DNA of 64,000 nucleotides from Candidatus Enterousia sp. (lineage in GTDB: Bacteria; Pseudomonadota; Alphaproteobacteria; Rs-D84), in the NCBI GenBank assembly GCA_045530935.1, contig JAZSDC010000018.1, forward strand, positions 1,724 through 65,723, read 5' to 3'. The position numbers and the translations under genes were made by a program. Below, piece by piece: positions 37,088 to 46,007 of the stretch (the stretch's first letter is position 1; each line of letters begins with the position of its first letter). The notes beneath the pieces are model-generated. The model did not search any database. It had not been told where the DNA came from and was given only the letters and a program-made list of their open reading frames with translations.

Positions 37088-37112
37088 AATCCCCCAAATG
37101 GGGGATTTTTTT
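37086..37112. terminator. bidirectional terminator
   Basis: AATCCCCC-AAAT-GGGGGATT flanked by A and T runs, between convergent genes. Confidence 0.7.
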
Positions 37113-37776
37113 AGAAACCTTTTGGTGTTTCCATTTTTGCCTTGGATACTTTCTTGTCCAGTGCTTTTATAATCTCATCTGTTATATCCAGGTTTTCTGC
37201 ATCTGCCCCGATACGTGCCATGCGACCATCGATAACCATGGACAATTTTTTCTTGGCGATAACACCTTCGATAATTGGGTCCAGGTGTTTTGTTTGCATG
37301 TCCGCCAATGCTTTTTGATATGACATTTCGATGCTTTGTGCGCGTTCTGCCAAATCACGTTGCAGTTGTGTTACTTTGTTTTGATAGTCAACAACACGAC
37401 GTTGTAACGCTTCGCGCGACAGCACATCTTGTGATTTTTCAATTTCTGCTTTTTCCTTTTCCAGTGCTTTTTGTTCGCGTGTTAATTCATCACGCAACGT
37501 TGTTTCGAATTTTTCTTTCTGTTGGCGCAGGTCTTTTAATGCGGCTGCATTTGTTTGAATCGCATCCATACGAATTACTGCGATGCGCATATTTGCAGCA
37601 TTTGCAGCGTTTTCAGAAACTTCCTCTATTACTTCTGCAACAGATGCACCTTTGTCGGAATTTAATGCAGAAACGCCCCATATGCCCAGTGCCGCAACTG
37701 CAATAACAACCGCAGCAACTATTCCTGTTTTTTTATAGCTTTTAACAGCTTGGTTTTCAGATGTTTTTTTTACCAT
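37111..37776 (-). CDS. OmpH/Skp-like periplasmic chaperone
   Basis: N-terminal anchor/signal, then a long charged coiled coil (LKDLRQQKEKFETTLRDELTREQKALEKEKAEIEK..) typical of Skp. Confidence 0.6.
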   Translation of the reverse strand: MVKKTSENQAVKSYKKTGIVAAVVIAVAALGIWGVSALNSDKGASVAEVIEEVSENAANAANMRIAVIRMDAIQTNAAALKDLRQQKEKFETTLRDELTREQKALEKEKAEIEKSQDVLSREALQRRVVDYQNKVTQLQRDLAERAQSIEMSYQKALADMQTKHLDPIIEGVIAKKKLSMVIDGRMARIGADAENLDITDEIIKALDKKVSKAKMETPKGF

Positions 37777-37845
37777 TTTTCCGTCCTTTTATTTAATTGT
37801 TATGGGCATACTATAACAGCAAAAAAATAAAATGGAAAGGGAAAG

Positions 37846-38529
37846 TTATCTTGCAGGGCTTAATCTTATTTCAACGCGTCTATTTGTCAAACGACCAATG
37901 TTATCTTGGGCGGCAATTGGGCGTTTTGCACCACGTCCAACAATGAACATGCGTGTTGTATTTATTCCTTGTTCAGACAGATATACAGCAACACGTTGGG
38001 CCATATCTAAGGACAGTGCATTTGCAGCATTCTTGTCACGCATTGAATCTGTGTATCCTGCGATTTCAATAAATGTTGCATTATATCTCTTTAGTATGCT
38101 TGTAATAGTTTTTAGTGTATCTGCGCCTGTTTTTGATATATCTGCAACATTTAATTCCATAATGGCATCACGGACCAAAATAACAACAACGTCTGTCCCC
38201 GCGCGTTGTACAGAAATCCCAGGTTTGCGTAACGCATCATATAAATCATATTCCAGTTGTGCCATATACTGTGTCGCGATAATGTTATCGTTTGTTGCCT
38301 TGTCGCCATATTCTAGTGTGTCTGGTGTATCAGATTCGGCGTTAACTAATTTGCCACCCGCCCCCAAATACACAGGGCGCTTTGCGATGCGTGATAATTC
38401 TGTCATGTCTGTAAAGCTGGCGCCGTTAAGATAGCGGGGCCATGTGTGCCGGGCAGGGCTGTGATATTCTGTGCACGCAGATATTGCGCATATTACAGGA
38501 ATTAAAAATAATCGTTTGTTAACTTTCAT
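37846..38529 (-). CDS. OmpA-domain lipoprotein
   Basis: Lipobox CAISAC. C-terminal GYTDSMRDKNAANALSLDMAQRVAVYL..NRRVEIRLSP. Confidence 0.8.
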   Translation of the reverse strand: MKVNKRLFLIPVICAISACTEYHSPARHTWPRYLNGASFTDMTELSRIAKRPVYLGAGGKLVNAESDTPDTLEYGDKATNDNIIATQYMAQLEYDLYDALRKPGISVQRAGTDVVVILVRDAIMELNVADISKTGADTLKTITSILKRYNATFIEIAGYTDSMRDKNAANALSLDMAQRVAVYLSEQGINTTRMFIVGRGAKRPIAAQDNIGRLTNRRVEIRLSPAR

Positions 38530-38533
38530 TCAT

Positions 38534-38992
38534 TTATTCGACGATAAACGATACTTGGTTTGTTGATGAATCGAAACAGTTGTTTGTGGATGTGGTTTCA
38601 AAACCGTTAACCAACATATTATTTGCCCATTTGGGTAATGTTGCAGAAAAATAATTACAATCCCCAGATGACAAATTTACTAAATTAATTGAAAAGCTTT
38701 TTCCGTCAACGCTTGGGGCTATGGACCATCCGTCGCCACCAATCGGTGCTTGATTATTTTTTAGTGCGCCCGCCTTTATAAGATAATCAATCGAAAGCCC
38801 TTCGTAAGAACCATAATTTTCCATCAACAACTTAGTATTTTCAACCAATTGATTTAATTCTGCGTTTGCAATGGTTCTGATTTGGTTTTTTCGTACAGTG
38901 TCATATATTTTAACAGAAGATACCGTCATAACCGAAACAATGGCCATAAAACCAATCAGTTCTATCAAAGAACGTCCGGATTGTTCTCTCAT
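38534..38992 (-). CDS. type IV pilin-like protein (152 aa) with prepilin-type N-terminus
   Basis: MREQSG|RSLIELIGFMAIVSVMTVSS has Gly at -1, Glu at +5 and a hydrophobic helix. C-terminal Cys pair 28 residues apart (C..NNC), like a pilin D-region. Its ATG overlaps the dnaX TAA (TAATG). The 207-aa track ORF extension into dnaX is rejected. Confidence 0.6.
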   Translation of the reverse strand: MREQSGRSLIELIGFMAIVSVMTVSSVKIYDTVRKNQIRTIANAELNQLVENTKLLMENYGSYEGLSIDYLIKAGALKNNQAPIGGDGWSIAPSVDGKSFSINLVNLSSGDCNYFSATLPKWANNMLVNGFETTSTNNCFDSSTNQVSFIVE

Positions 38993-40566
38993 TATTTTAC
39001 TCCTATAATTTCTGCGTTTTCGAACAAATTCATTGCGCTGGCAACCAATGGGTCCGCTGCCAGCTCTTCTTGTTTCTGTTCGCTGATTGTGTTTACGTGC
39101 GCTGATTCTGTTGCGCGTTCCAGTATCCACTGTTTTCCTGTTTTGTCCATCAACCAAACAGATAGTTTTTGTACGAAATCGCCATCGCCTTTGCGATCAA
39201 AAAATCTAATTTTACCATCTTCAAAATTAGCGATTTCAATATTGCTGCTGAAATAAGAATACAGCAAAATTTCCTTGGTTTCTTGCAATGCGACGCCCAA
39301 ATCATTTGCGTTTGCAAAAGAGTATATTTTTTTCTGTTGAGTGGTGGTTGTTTGTCCTGTTGGGACAGTCTGCGCCATTCGGTCTGCAAAAATATTTTTT
39401 ACATCCTGGGTTCTTTTTGCGGATTCTTGTTGTTTGATTATCTCTGGTACGGATGGCATGTCTGCGATATGCATCATTCTGACGACTAACATGTCAAAAC
39501 ATTGTTTTTGATTTCCAGCAGCTTGCATTTCTGGAACAGCAGCAACCATAACCTGCCAAATTCGGGACAGAGTGTTTAGTGGTGTTCGTGAATTAATCAT
39601 ATGTATTTGGTCGCGTTGGTCTGCGGTATATGGCGAATTCAGAACATCGCCAGCGTGCAAGGCGGGGTGCATGCGTGTTGCCCAGTGTGTCCATTCCATC
39701 ATATCGGTTAACAACATTGATAAATCTGCGCCATTACTATAGATTTCATCGACCTTGTCCAATGCTGCAACAGTGTTGCCGGATAATAAAGTTTTCATAA
39801 AGTCAACAACGACACCACGGTCTGCACGTTTTAACATGTCCAGCACAGCGGCTTCATCAACATGACCGCCTGTTTGTGCGATTGCCTGGTCCAGCAACGA
39901 TAATCCATCGCGAACAGAGCCATCTGCCGCACGGGCCAGTAATTCATTTGCTCCATCGCTTAGCTCTATTTTTTCTTGTTCTGCAATCCACGCAAAATGT
40001 TTTTTTAGCGTTTCCACAGGAACCCGCACCAAATCAAAACGTTGACAGCGCGATAATATAGTCACTGGTACTTTCCTGATTTCGGTTGTTGCTAGTATAA
40101 AAATTACGTGTGCAGGGGGTTCTTCCAGTGTTTTAAGCAACGCATTAAATGCAGAAGTAGATAGCATATGAACTTCGTCGATTATATAAACACGATATCT
40201 GCCATTTGTTGGTCTGTATTGTGCGCCATCAAGTATTTCGCGCATGTTATCAACCCCCGTATGCGATGCGGCGTCGATTTCCATTACATCAATATGTTGT
40301 CCGGCGGCAATTGCGCGACAGTTTTCGCATGTTCCGCATGGTGTTGCGGTTGCGCCATCTGATGACAGACAGTTTAGCGCCTTGGCCAGAATTCGTGCCG
40401 TACTGGTTTTTCCTGTTCCGCGAATTCCTGTGAAGATATAGGCGTGCGCAATACGTGATGTGTTAATTGCTGTTGTTAATGTTTTTACCAGAACATCTTG
40501 TCCGATAAGGGTTTTAAAATCTTGACTGCGATATTTGCGGGCAAGTACCGTATAATTACTTTCCAT
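38992..40566 (-). CDS. dnaX: DNA polymerase III subunit gamma/tau
   Basis: LARKYRSQDF, Walker A GIRGTGKTSTARI, the Zn module C..C..C..C, IDEVHMLS and SRCQRF. AAGGAAG RBS before the ATG at 40566 (the track start is 40608). Confidence 0.95.
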   Translation of the reverse strand: MESNYTVLARKYRSQDFKTLIGQDVLVKTLTTAINTSRIAHAYIFTGIRGTGKTSTARILAKALNCLSSDGATATPCGTCENCRAIAAGQHIDVMEIDAASHTGVDNMREILDGAQYRPTNGRYRVYIIDEVHMLSTSAFNALLKTLEEPPAHVIFILATTEIRKVPVTILSRCQRFDLVRVPVETLKKHFAWIAEQEKIELSDGANELLARAADGSVRDGLSLLDQAIAQTGGHVDEAAVLDMLKRADRGVVVDFMKTLLSGNTVAALDKVDEIYSNGADLSMLLTDMMEWTHWATRMHPALHAGDVLNSPYTADQRDQIHMINSRTPLNTLSRIWQVMVAAVPEMQAAGNQKQCFDMLVVRMMHIADMPSVPEIIKQQESAKRTQDVKNIFADRMAQTVPTGQTTTTQQKKIYSFANANDLGVALQETKEILLYSYFSSNIEIANFEDGKIRFFDRKGDGDFVQKLSVWLMDKTGKQWILERATESAHVNTISEQKQEELAADPLVASAMNLFENAEIIGVK

Positions 40567-40650
40567 GCTGTCGACTTCCTTTTGGGATTTAGCATAGCAA
40601 AACAACATGAAATTTCAACAAATAAATGCGCCAATCGGCGCATTTTTAAC

Positions 40651-40965
40651 CTAGTTTAAATTTGTTATAAAGTCCGGAAAACCAGGCTCTTCATCATCGC
40701 TATTTTCCTGGTTTTCTTTTGCTTGTTCTTCGGCCATTGCTTTTTCTGCGGCGGCTTTTTCTTTTGGGTCGCGTGTTGAATCTATTTTGCCTTGTTCTGC
40801 GTTTACCATGCGACCATAATGTTCCGCAGTCTGTAACAAGCGTTCGCGATCAATTTCGTCTGCTGTTTGACGTGCCTGGTCAATATATTGTTTTCTTTTC
40901 TGGCGCCATTTATGACAGCGCTGAATCATCTGTCCGACATTGGATTGATTTTTTTTGTTTTGCAT
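40651..40965 (-). CDS. small basic/acidic protein, DUF4167-like
   Basis: ..KQYIDQARQTADEIDRERLLQTAEHYGRM.. resembles the alphaproteobacterial DUF4167 pattern (..AENY.QHAEHY.R). From memory only. Confidence 0.45.
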   Translation of the reverse strand: MQNKKNQSNVGQMIQRCHKWRQKRKQYIDQARQTADEIDRERLLQTAEHYGRMVNAEQGKIDSTRDPKEKAAAEKAMAEEQAKENQENSDDEEPGFPDFITNLN

Positions 40966-41070
40966 ATCTTTTCTTTTTTAAATCAGGAAATAAACCCATG
41001 TAACAACATCTAAAAGTATTATAGGTTGTTACGCTTAACATAATAAATTCTAAATCATCTTAAAACTGAT

Positions 41071-41099
41071 TGCAATAATTTTTTTCTGTTGCTATCCTG
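41071..41099 (+). promoter_or_regulatory. sigma70-like promoter for the prepilin-like operon
   Basis: TTGCAA, 17-nt spacer, TATCCT. Lies 25 nt upstream of the GGAGGGGG RBS. Confidence 0.4.
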
Positions 41100-41123
41100 G
41101 CGTTTGTAGGAGGGGGCACAATC

Positions 41124-42479
41124 TTGAACCAGGAACGTGGAAACTTTTTATTTCAATCCTTGCTGGCGCTGGGGTTGGTTTTTGCGTTTATTCCATTTTT
41201 GTCGCGCCAATTACTAGAACGCAATAATGATACGCGTATGCATTCTGTCGTTCATCAGGTTGATGTTGCACAAACTGCTGCGCGTATATTTTTGCGTGAA
41301 AATTCAAAAAATATAGCATATGACAAAACTGTTGTTACAGGTGATGATTTTTCTGATTTGTTGGAACCATATGGTTTGCCGTTGGGTTTTGTGCCACGTA
41401 CTGCCTTGGGGCAGGATATTATTTTGGTAATTGATAAAACGCCTGAAAGTGTGTCTGCCTATCTGGATTTAAAGGGGGGGCGTCTAAATCGTCTGCAGCG
41501 TGCAGAATTGGTTCGGCGTATTGGTTTTTATGCATCTGATGTTGAAGATGGCGTTCGTGTTGGCGTTGATTTAGCCGAAGTTTATTCTGATATTGTTCGT
41601 CGTAATGAACCAGACTTGGATAACAGCGGTTTTTTATCGGACTTGGATATGGGTGGTTTTGTGTTAGATGACGTTGGTAATATGTATGCATCAGATGGCA
41701 GTTTTGAAACTGTGCATGTCGGAACGTTGGGTGTGTTGGGTTATGAATCTGGTCGCAAGGTTCGCAACGATATAAAAAACATGTCTGCAACAAAAACAAT
41801 TTTTCAAAGTCGCGATGGCGAAACGGCGTTGACCTTGACGCGTGGGACGCTGTTTGTTGGTGACATGTCTGCAAAAACGTTGTCGATGTTTGGTAATGGG
41901 GGTAATTTGCTTGCAGAAACCGTGTCGGTATATGATTTTTCAATGACTGCGGGTCGTACTGGTTTTACAGGGCCTTCTGATTGGAATATTCGTGGCAGTG
42001 TGGTTACCGACAAGATTTCTTTTAGTGTTGAACGCTTGGACATTTCGTCATATTTAAACACGACGCGTGGTCAAGATGTTTATATTGATGCCGAAGAATT
42101 AGAATACAGTTCAAAATCTGGGATAGAGGTTGGCACCCTGTATTCGTCCAACATAACATTGCGCGATCAAACGTCCAGTTCGTTAAGTGTGGGTGGGACA
42201 GGCGCGGTGATATTAGATATCAGACCAGCAGGGACAACGATGTTGCCAGATGCATTGGTGTCAGATATAGACAACCAGGATTTCTCGATAATTGCAAAAC
42301 CTAATTCAAACGATACAGATATCATAGACTGTGCCACCGTAATAAAAGATTTAGAAGGTGTTTATAATGACAATTCTTTATCACAGTATTTAATATGCCA
42401 ATATGTATTCTGGCAGAATATTGAAAAACGTATTGATATAAAACAATGTTTAATGGCGGGGCGTAATGATTGTATGTAA
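41124..42479 (+). CDS. large prepilin-like protein 1 (451 aa), PilV-like candidate
   Basis: TTG start after the AGGAGGGGG RBS. N-terminus MNQERG|NFLFQSLLALGLVFAFIPF. Central motif FLSDLDMGGFVLDDV. Periodic S/T/V/G-rich region. C-terminal Cys cluster. Confidence 0.55.
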   Translation: MNQERGNFLFQSLLALGLVFAFIPFLSRQLLERNNDTRMHSVVHQVDVAQTAARIFLRENSKNIAYDKTVVTGDDFSDLLEPYGLPLGFVPRTALGQDIILVIDKTPESVSAYLDLKGGRLNRLQRAELVRRIGFYASDVEDGVRVGVDLAEVYSDIVRRNEPDLDNSGFLSDLDMGGFVLDDVGNMYASDGSFETVHVGTLGVLGYESGRKVRNDIKNMSATKTIFQSRDGETALTLTRGTLFVGDMSAKTLSMFGNGGNLLAETVSVYDFSMTAGRTGFTGPSDWNIRGSVVTDKISFSVERLDISSYLNTTRGQDVYIDAEELEYSSKSGIEVGTLYSSNITLRDQTSSSLSVGGTGAVILDIRPAGTTMLPDALVSDIDNQDFSIIAKPNSNDTDIIDCATVIKDLEGVYNDNSLSQYLICQYVFWQNIEKRIDIKQCLMAGRNDCM

Positions 42480-43677
42480 AAGAAATTTTTGCAATACGGA
42501 CAGTTATGGTGCCAGTGTTCTAGAGGTTTTATTGTCGTTGGCGATTATTGCGCTGGCGACGCCATTTATTTATGCACAAATATCTAAAACAAACAGTATG
42601 TTGCGCGATATATCTGTTGCGAAAAAGATTATGTCCAGTCGTGATACAGTACTAAATTTTGTTCGTATGAACCAAGATAAATGGCCGAATGTTGCCCAGA
42701 TACAAATGGATTCGGAAGATTTAAATTTGATTTCCCCAGACGCAGAAGCTGGATTTATAGATAAGTATTTGGTTAACGGTGCATCTATTACAGATGTTTA
42801 TTTGGCGTTTAGTGCAGCGGACAATGATATAAAGTCGCATCAGGTTGCGCGTCACATTGGTGATGCTGCTGCGATTGTTGGGCCTGATGGCATTGCTTAT
42901 GGTAAAACATGGGCTGTGGCGGCGCCTGAATTTATTTCTGGTGATTTGATATATCGTGTATCACGCGATGTGTCTGGTGAAGACACGTCAAAGTTTTTAC
43001 ATCGTGCTACAACCGGTCAAGACGGGTTAAACGTTATGTTTCGTGATTTGAACATGGCGCGACATAATGTGTATGGTGTATCCAGTGTATCTGCAAAAGA
43101 TACGCGTGTAAAAAATATAAATACATCGTTTATAAAATCTGAAGACGTGGTTGCGGATAACATCTATTTTTCATCAGGTGTCAACATGGATGGCGAAGGG
43201 GTATTTGTTGACAATATCCGTGTTACAGGCGATATAAATGGGTTTCGTAATATTGCTGCAAAAACTGTTAACGGCACAGGGTATACAACATCTGGACACA
43301 TAATAACAGACCGTGCAACGGTATCTAAGTCTGTAAATGTTGCAAAAGATTTTGTTTTAAAATCTGATTCTGGTCGCACAATAAGCGGTTTTACCGGCGT
43401 TTCTGCCAGTTCTGTTATGGTGCCATATGTCTTTGCCGAAGAAATGATTTTTTACGATAATTTTGGCTTGACTGTATCTGGTGAATTGTTGATGTCAACG
43501 ACTGTTCCATTAAAGCTGGGGGGGTGGGGTTTTCCATCTGTTCGCCCACCAGAGTTTAAAAAGTTAACATTATCGCGTGCTAAAATTCCAGATGCTCCAA
43601 ATGCAAATGAGTTCAAAGAATTGTTGCGTGATGATTGGCAAATAAATACAAGTGGGAACATACTGGTGGCGGAATAA
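42466..43677 (+). CDS. large prepilin-like protein 2 (403 aa), PilV-like candidate
   Basis: ..DSYG|ASVLEVLLSLAIIALATPF has Gly at -1 and Glu at +5. LIYRV..LNVMFRDLNMARHNVYGV motif. 14-nt overlap with the upstream gene. Confidence 0.6.
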   Translation: MIVCKRNFCNTDSYGASVLEVLLSLAIIALATPFIYAQISKTNSMLRDISVAKKIMSSRDTVLNFVRMNQDKWPNVAQIQMDSEDLNLISPDAEAGFIDKYLVNGASITDVYLAFSAADNDIKSHQVARHIGDAAAIVGPDGIAYGKTWAVAAPEFISGDLIYRVSRDVSGEDTSKFLHRATTGQDGLNVMFRDLNMARHNVYGVSSVSAKDTRVKNINTSFIKSEDVVADNIYFSSGVNMDGEGVFVDNIRVTGDINGFRNIAAKTVNGTGYTTSGHIITDRATVSKSVNVAKDFVLKSDSGRTISGFTGVSASSVMVPYVFAEEMIFYDNFGLTVSGELLMSTTVPLKLGGWGFPSVRPPEFKKLTLSRAKIPDAPNANEFKELLRDDWQINTSGNILVAE

Positions 43678-44991
43678 ATGTTTAATGTAAAAAGACATCT
43701 TGAAAGTAAAAATGAATCAGGCGGTTCTATGCTAATAGAACTATTGCTTAGTATTGCGTTGGCGGTGATTGTTATTCCGTTTATTTTCAAGTATCAACAA
43801 AACGCAATAATACGCGCACAAAATATTGCGTTGACCAACGAAATGACCGAGATTCAGGTTGCACTAGAACGTTACATTGTTGCGAATCGCCAAGATTTAT
43901 TGAAAACAGTTGGACGTCATATTGTGCGTTTAGATATTGAAGACCTGATTGAATTCGGGATTCCTGAATATATCATTGACAATTCAGATAAATACCAACT
44001 GCGTATATTAAAATCTGCAGATTCAATTGGGGCTGCGACATTACAGGGTGTTATTGTTCGTGATTCTGCAGATATTGCCCCGATGCGTACGCGTGAAATT
44101 GTTAATTTGTCTGGTGGTGATATGGGGTTCATAGACGGTATGCGTGCGCATGGTACATTTGGTACATGGCATGCAGATACGGTTGATATTGGGGTTGATG
44201 TATCAGATGGTTTGGTTGGTACAACATCGGTTAAGCGTGATAATGCTGTCTATTTATGGCGATTGCCGTCTGAAAATGTGGCAGATTCAACAATGATGTC
44301 TGCGCTGAATCTTGGCGGACATGATATTGTAAACATATCGGTGTTGAATTCGGATTCGCTTAATTTTTCGGGCGATATGTCTGCGCTAAAGATTGTTGCA
44401 GACAAGATTGTTTTTGAAAATCGCACAACGCTGGACAACAGCTTTAATACAGCCAGTGCAACTGTATCTGGCGCCTTGTCATCTGATGGACGTGGGTTAG
44501 AGATAGAAGATACGCTGACTTTTACAGACGTTGCCAAACTGTCCGCGCTGGATGTTCAAGATTTATGGGTCTCAAATTTAACCTTGTCTGGGGTGTCGAT
44601 TGAAGCAGAAGACGACTTTGCCATTTTAAAAATAAACCAAGCATTAGACATGACGTCTGGTCGTGTCGAAGCGATGTTTGTTACGGTTGGTTTTGCTGGG
44701 TCTATGACATCGCGTCTTGTTGTTCATGACAAGATTGCAGACGCAACCAAATCAGAATATTTTTGGGATTTTAATTCTGGTGTTGCGAATTTTTTTGATG
44801 CAACATTTGTTGAATTAAATCGTATGGCAACATTGGCGCATCGTAAGTATGGCATCGCTTCGACTGTGTCGTCCCAGGTTTTTGGCGCGGTTTCCGCCAA
44901 CAAGAACGCAACGGTTGGTGATTACATGAATGCCATACGTGAAATCCAGACGCGGGTGCGTGGGAAATATCGTTTGTTGAATTTAGAATAA
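43678..44991 (+). CDS. large prepilin-like protein 3 (437 aa), PilV-like candidate
   Basis: ..NESGG|SMLIELLLSIALAVIVIPF has Gly at -1 and Glu at +5. YLWRLP..STMMSALNLGGHDIVNI motif. Starts immediately after the upstream stop. Confidence 0.6.
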   Translation: MFNVKRHLESKNESGGSMLIELLLSIALAVIVIPFIFKYQQNAIIRAQNIALTNEMTEIQVALERYIVANRQDLLKTVGRHIVRLDIEDLIEFGIPEYIIDNSDKYQLRILKSADSIGAATLQGVIVRDSADIAPMRTREIVNLSGGDMGFIDGMRAHGTFGTWHADTVDIGVDVSDGLVGTTSVKRDNAVYLWRLPSENVADSTMMSALNLGGHDIVNISVLNSDSLNFSGDMSALKIVADKIVFENRTTLDNSFNTASATVSGALSSDGRGLEIEDTLTFTDVAKLSALDVQDLWVSNLTLSGVSIEAEDDFAILKINQALDMTSGRVEAMFVTVGFAGSMTSRLVVHDKIADATKSEYFWDFNSGVANFFDATFVELNRMATLAHRKYGIASTVSSQVFGAVSANKNATVGDYMNAIREIQTRVRGKYRLLNLE

Positions 44992-45011
44992 TTTATGGTA
45001 TAGGTAAATAT

Positions 45012-45539
45012 ATGAAAACAAAATGTGATTTTTGCAAGACTGAATATAATACCGATGGTGCATTACGTGGTAATGTACAGTGTGCGGTTTGTGGTTACAC
45101 GTGGTCGATTGCGGAACCTGTGCGTAAAAATTCGTGGTTGGTATTTTTTGCGGCGCTTTGTGCATTGTTGTCTGCGATTGTGTTTACGGTTGTTGTTATT
45201 ACGCATCACCAGGCAAAGAACGTTGTTCATGGTCCATTGGTTACAAATGTTTCGAAAATAGATATTGTTCCAGATGAAAACGGCACGATGCGTTATGTTG
45301 TTCGTGGAACGATATCGAATGTGTCTGCTGACATTTATGGTATTCCTGATTTAGTGATTATATCAACTGATGATGCGGGCAATGTTCTGGCGCGTCAGAA
45401 GTTTATGCCGTCTGCAACGCTGTTGGATGCGGGTGCGACGGTTGAATTTAACCATATGTTGTCGCCCCAGCCATTGGGGGTAAAAAAGATATCTGCACGT
45501 TTGGCAGACCTTGAACCCATACCCCAGGATAAGAAATGA
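45012..45539 (+). CDS. zinc-ribbon (MJ0042-type) / single-TM / DUF3426-like protein
   Basis: N-terminal C.FC...(17)..C..C zinc ribbon, TM WLVFFAALCALLSAIVFTVVVI, and a beta-rich C-domain. Confidence 0.6.
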   Translation: MKTKCDFCKTEYNTDGALRGNVQCAVCGYTWSIAEPVRKNSWLVFFAALCALLSAIVFTVVVITHHQAKNVVHGPLVTNVSKIDIVPDENGTMRYVVRGTISNVSADIYGIPDLVIISTDDAGNVLARQKFMPSATLLDAGATVEFNHMLSPQPLGVKKISARLADLEPIPQDKK

Positions 45540-45994
45540 AGAAAATAATTTTTATTTTATTTGGCTTGTTTTTTTCTGTGCCTGCAATGTGTGCTGCTGC
45601 GGAACAGCCGCGGGTCAGCATTTTTTCCACCAGTACAGATTGGCAGGGGGTTACAGGTCTGACTTTAAACGAATACAATGGGAAATTTATCTCGGATAAA
45701 AAGCTGGTTGGGCGTGGTTTAGTCTTGTATTATCTGGATGGATTTCCATGTTATGGTTTGGGCTATGGTGTTCGTGTATGGGTTGGTCCGGACGGACAGA
45801 CGGACAATGATTTGCACATTGCATGTGTTGCCCCCCCGCGAGAGGTTAATTTTGCATATCGTAACGCCACGCGTGATGCGGACCAGGCGACGACTACTGG
45901 TATTTTGACGTGTCCGGTTCGTGGTTCTGGTCGGGAATTGACAATTGATTTATCTGATTGTATTGTTGGTCCAGATTGGGATGATTATAAGTAG
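45536..45994 (+). CDS. small secreted protein (152 aa), hypothetical
   Basis: Signal peptide MKKIIFILFGLFFSVPAMCAAAE. ATGA overlap with the upstream gene. 4 Cys in the mature part. Confidence 0.55.
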   Translation: MKKIIFILFGLFFSVPAMCAAAEQPRVSIFSTSTDWQGVTGLTLNEYNGKFISDKKLVGRGLVLYYLDGFPCYGLGYGVRVWVGPDGQTDNDLHIACVAPPREVNFAYRNATRDADQATTTGILTCPVRGSGRELTIDLSDCIVGPDWDDYK

Positions 45995-46007
45995 AGGTTT
46001 GTCTATT

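Noticed and set aside
38534-39157. 207-aa track ORF extending the pilin-like gene upstream into dnaX
   Set aside because: The first 55 codons overlap the 3' end of dnaX in another frame and encode an Arg/Thr/Asn-rich low-complexity string. The internal ATG at 38992 gives a canonical short prepilin leader (MREQSG|RSLIE) and overlaps the dnaX stop as TAATG.
41124-44991. A true shufflon (site-specific inversion system generating PilV C-terminal variants)
   Set aside because: I found no Rci-type recombinase gene. I saw no inverted 19-bp sfx-like repeats and no oppositely oriented C-terminal gene segments. The three genes are complete, co-oriented and divergent throughout, so they are paralogs rather than invertible cassettes. 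Only a repeat search could fully exclude short sfx sites.
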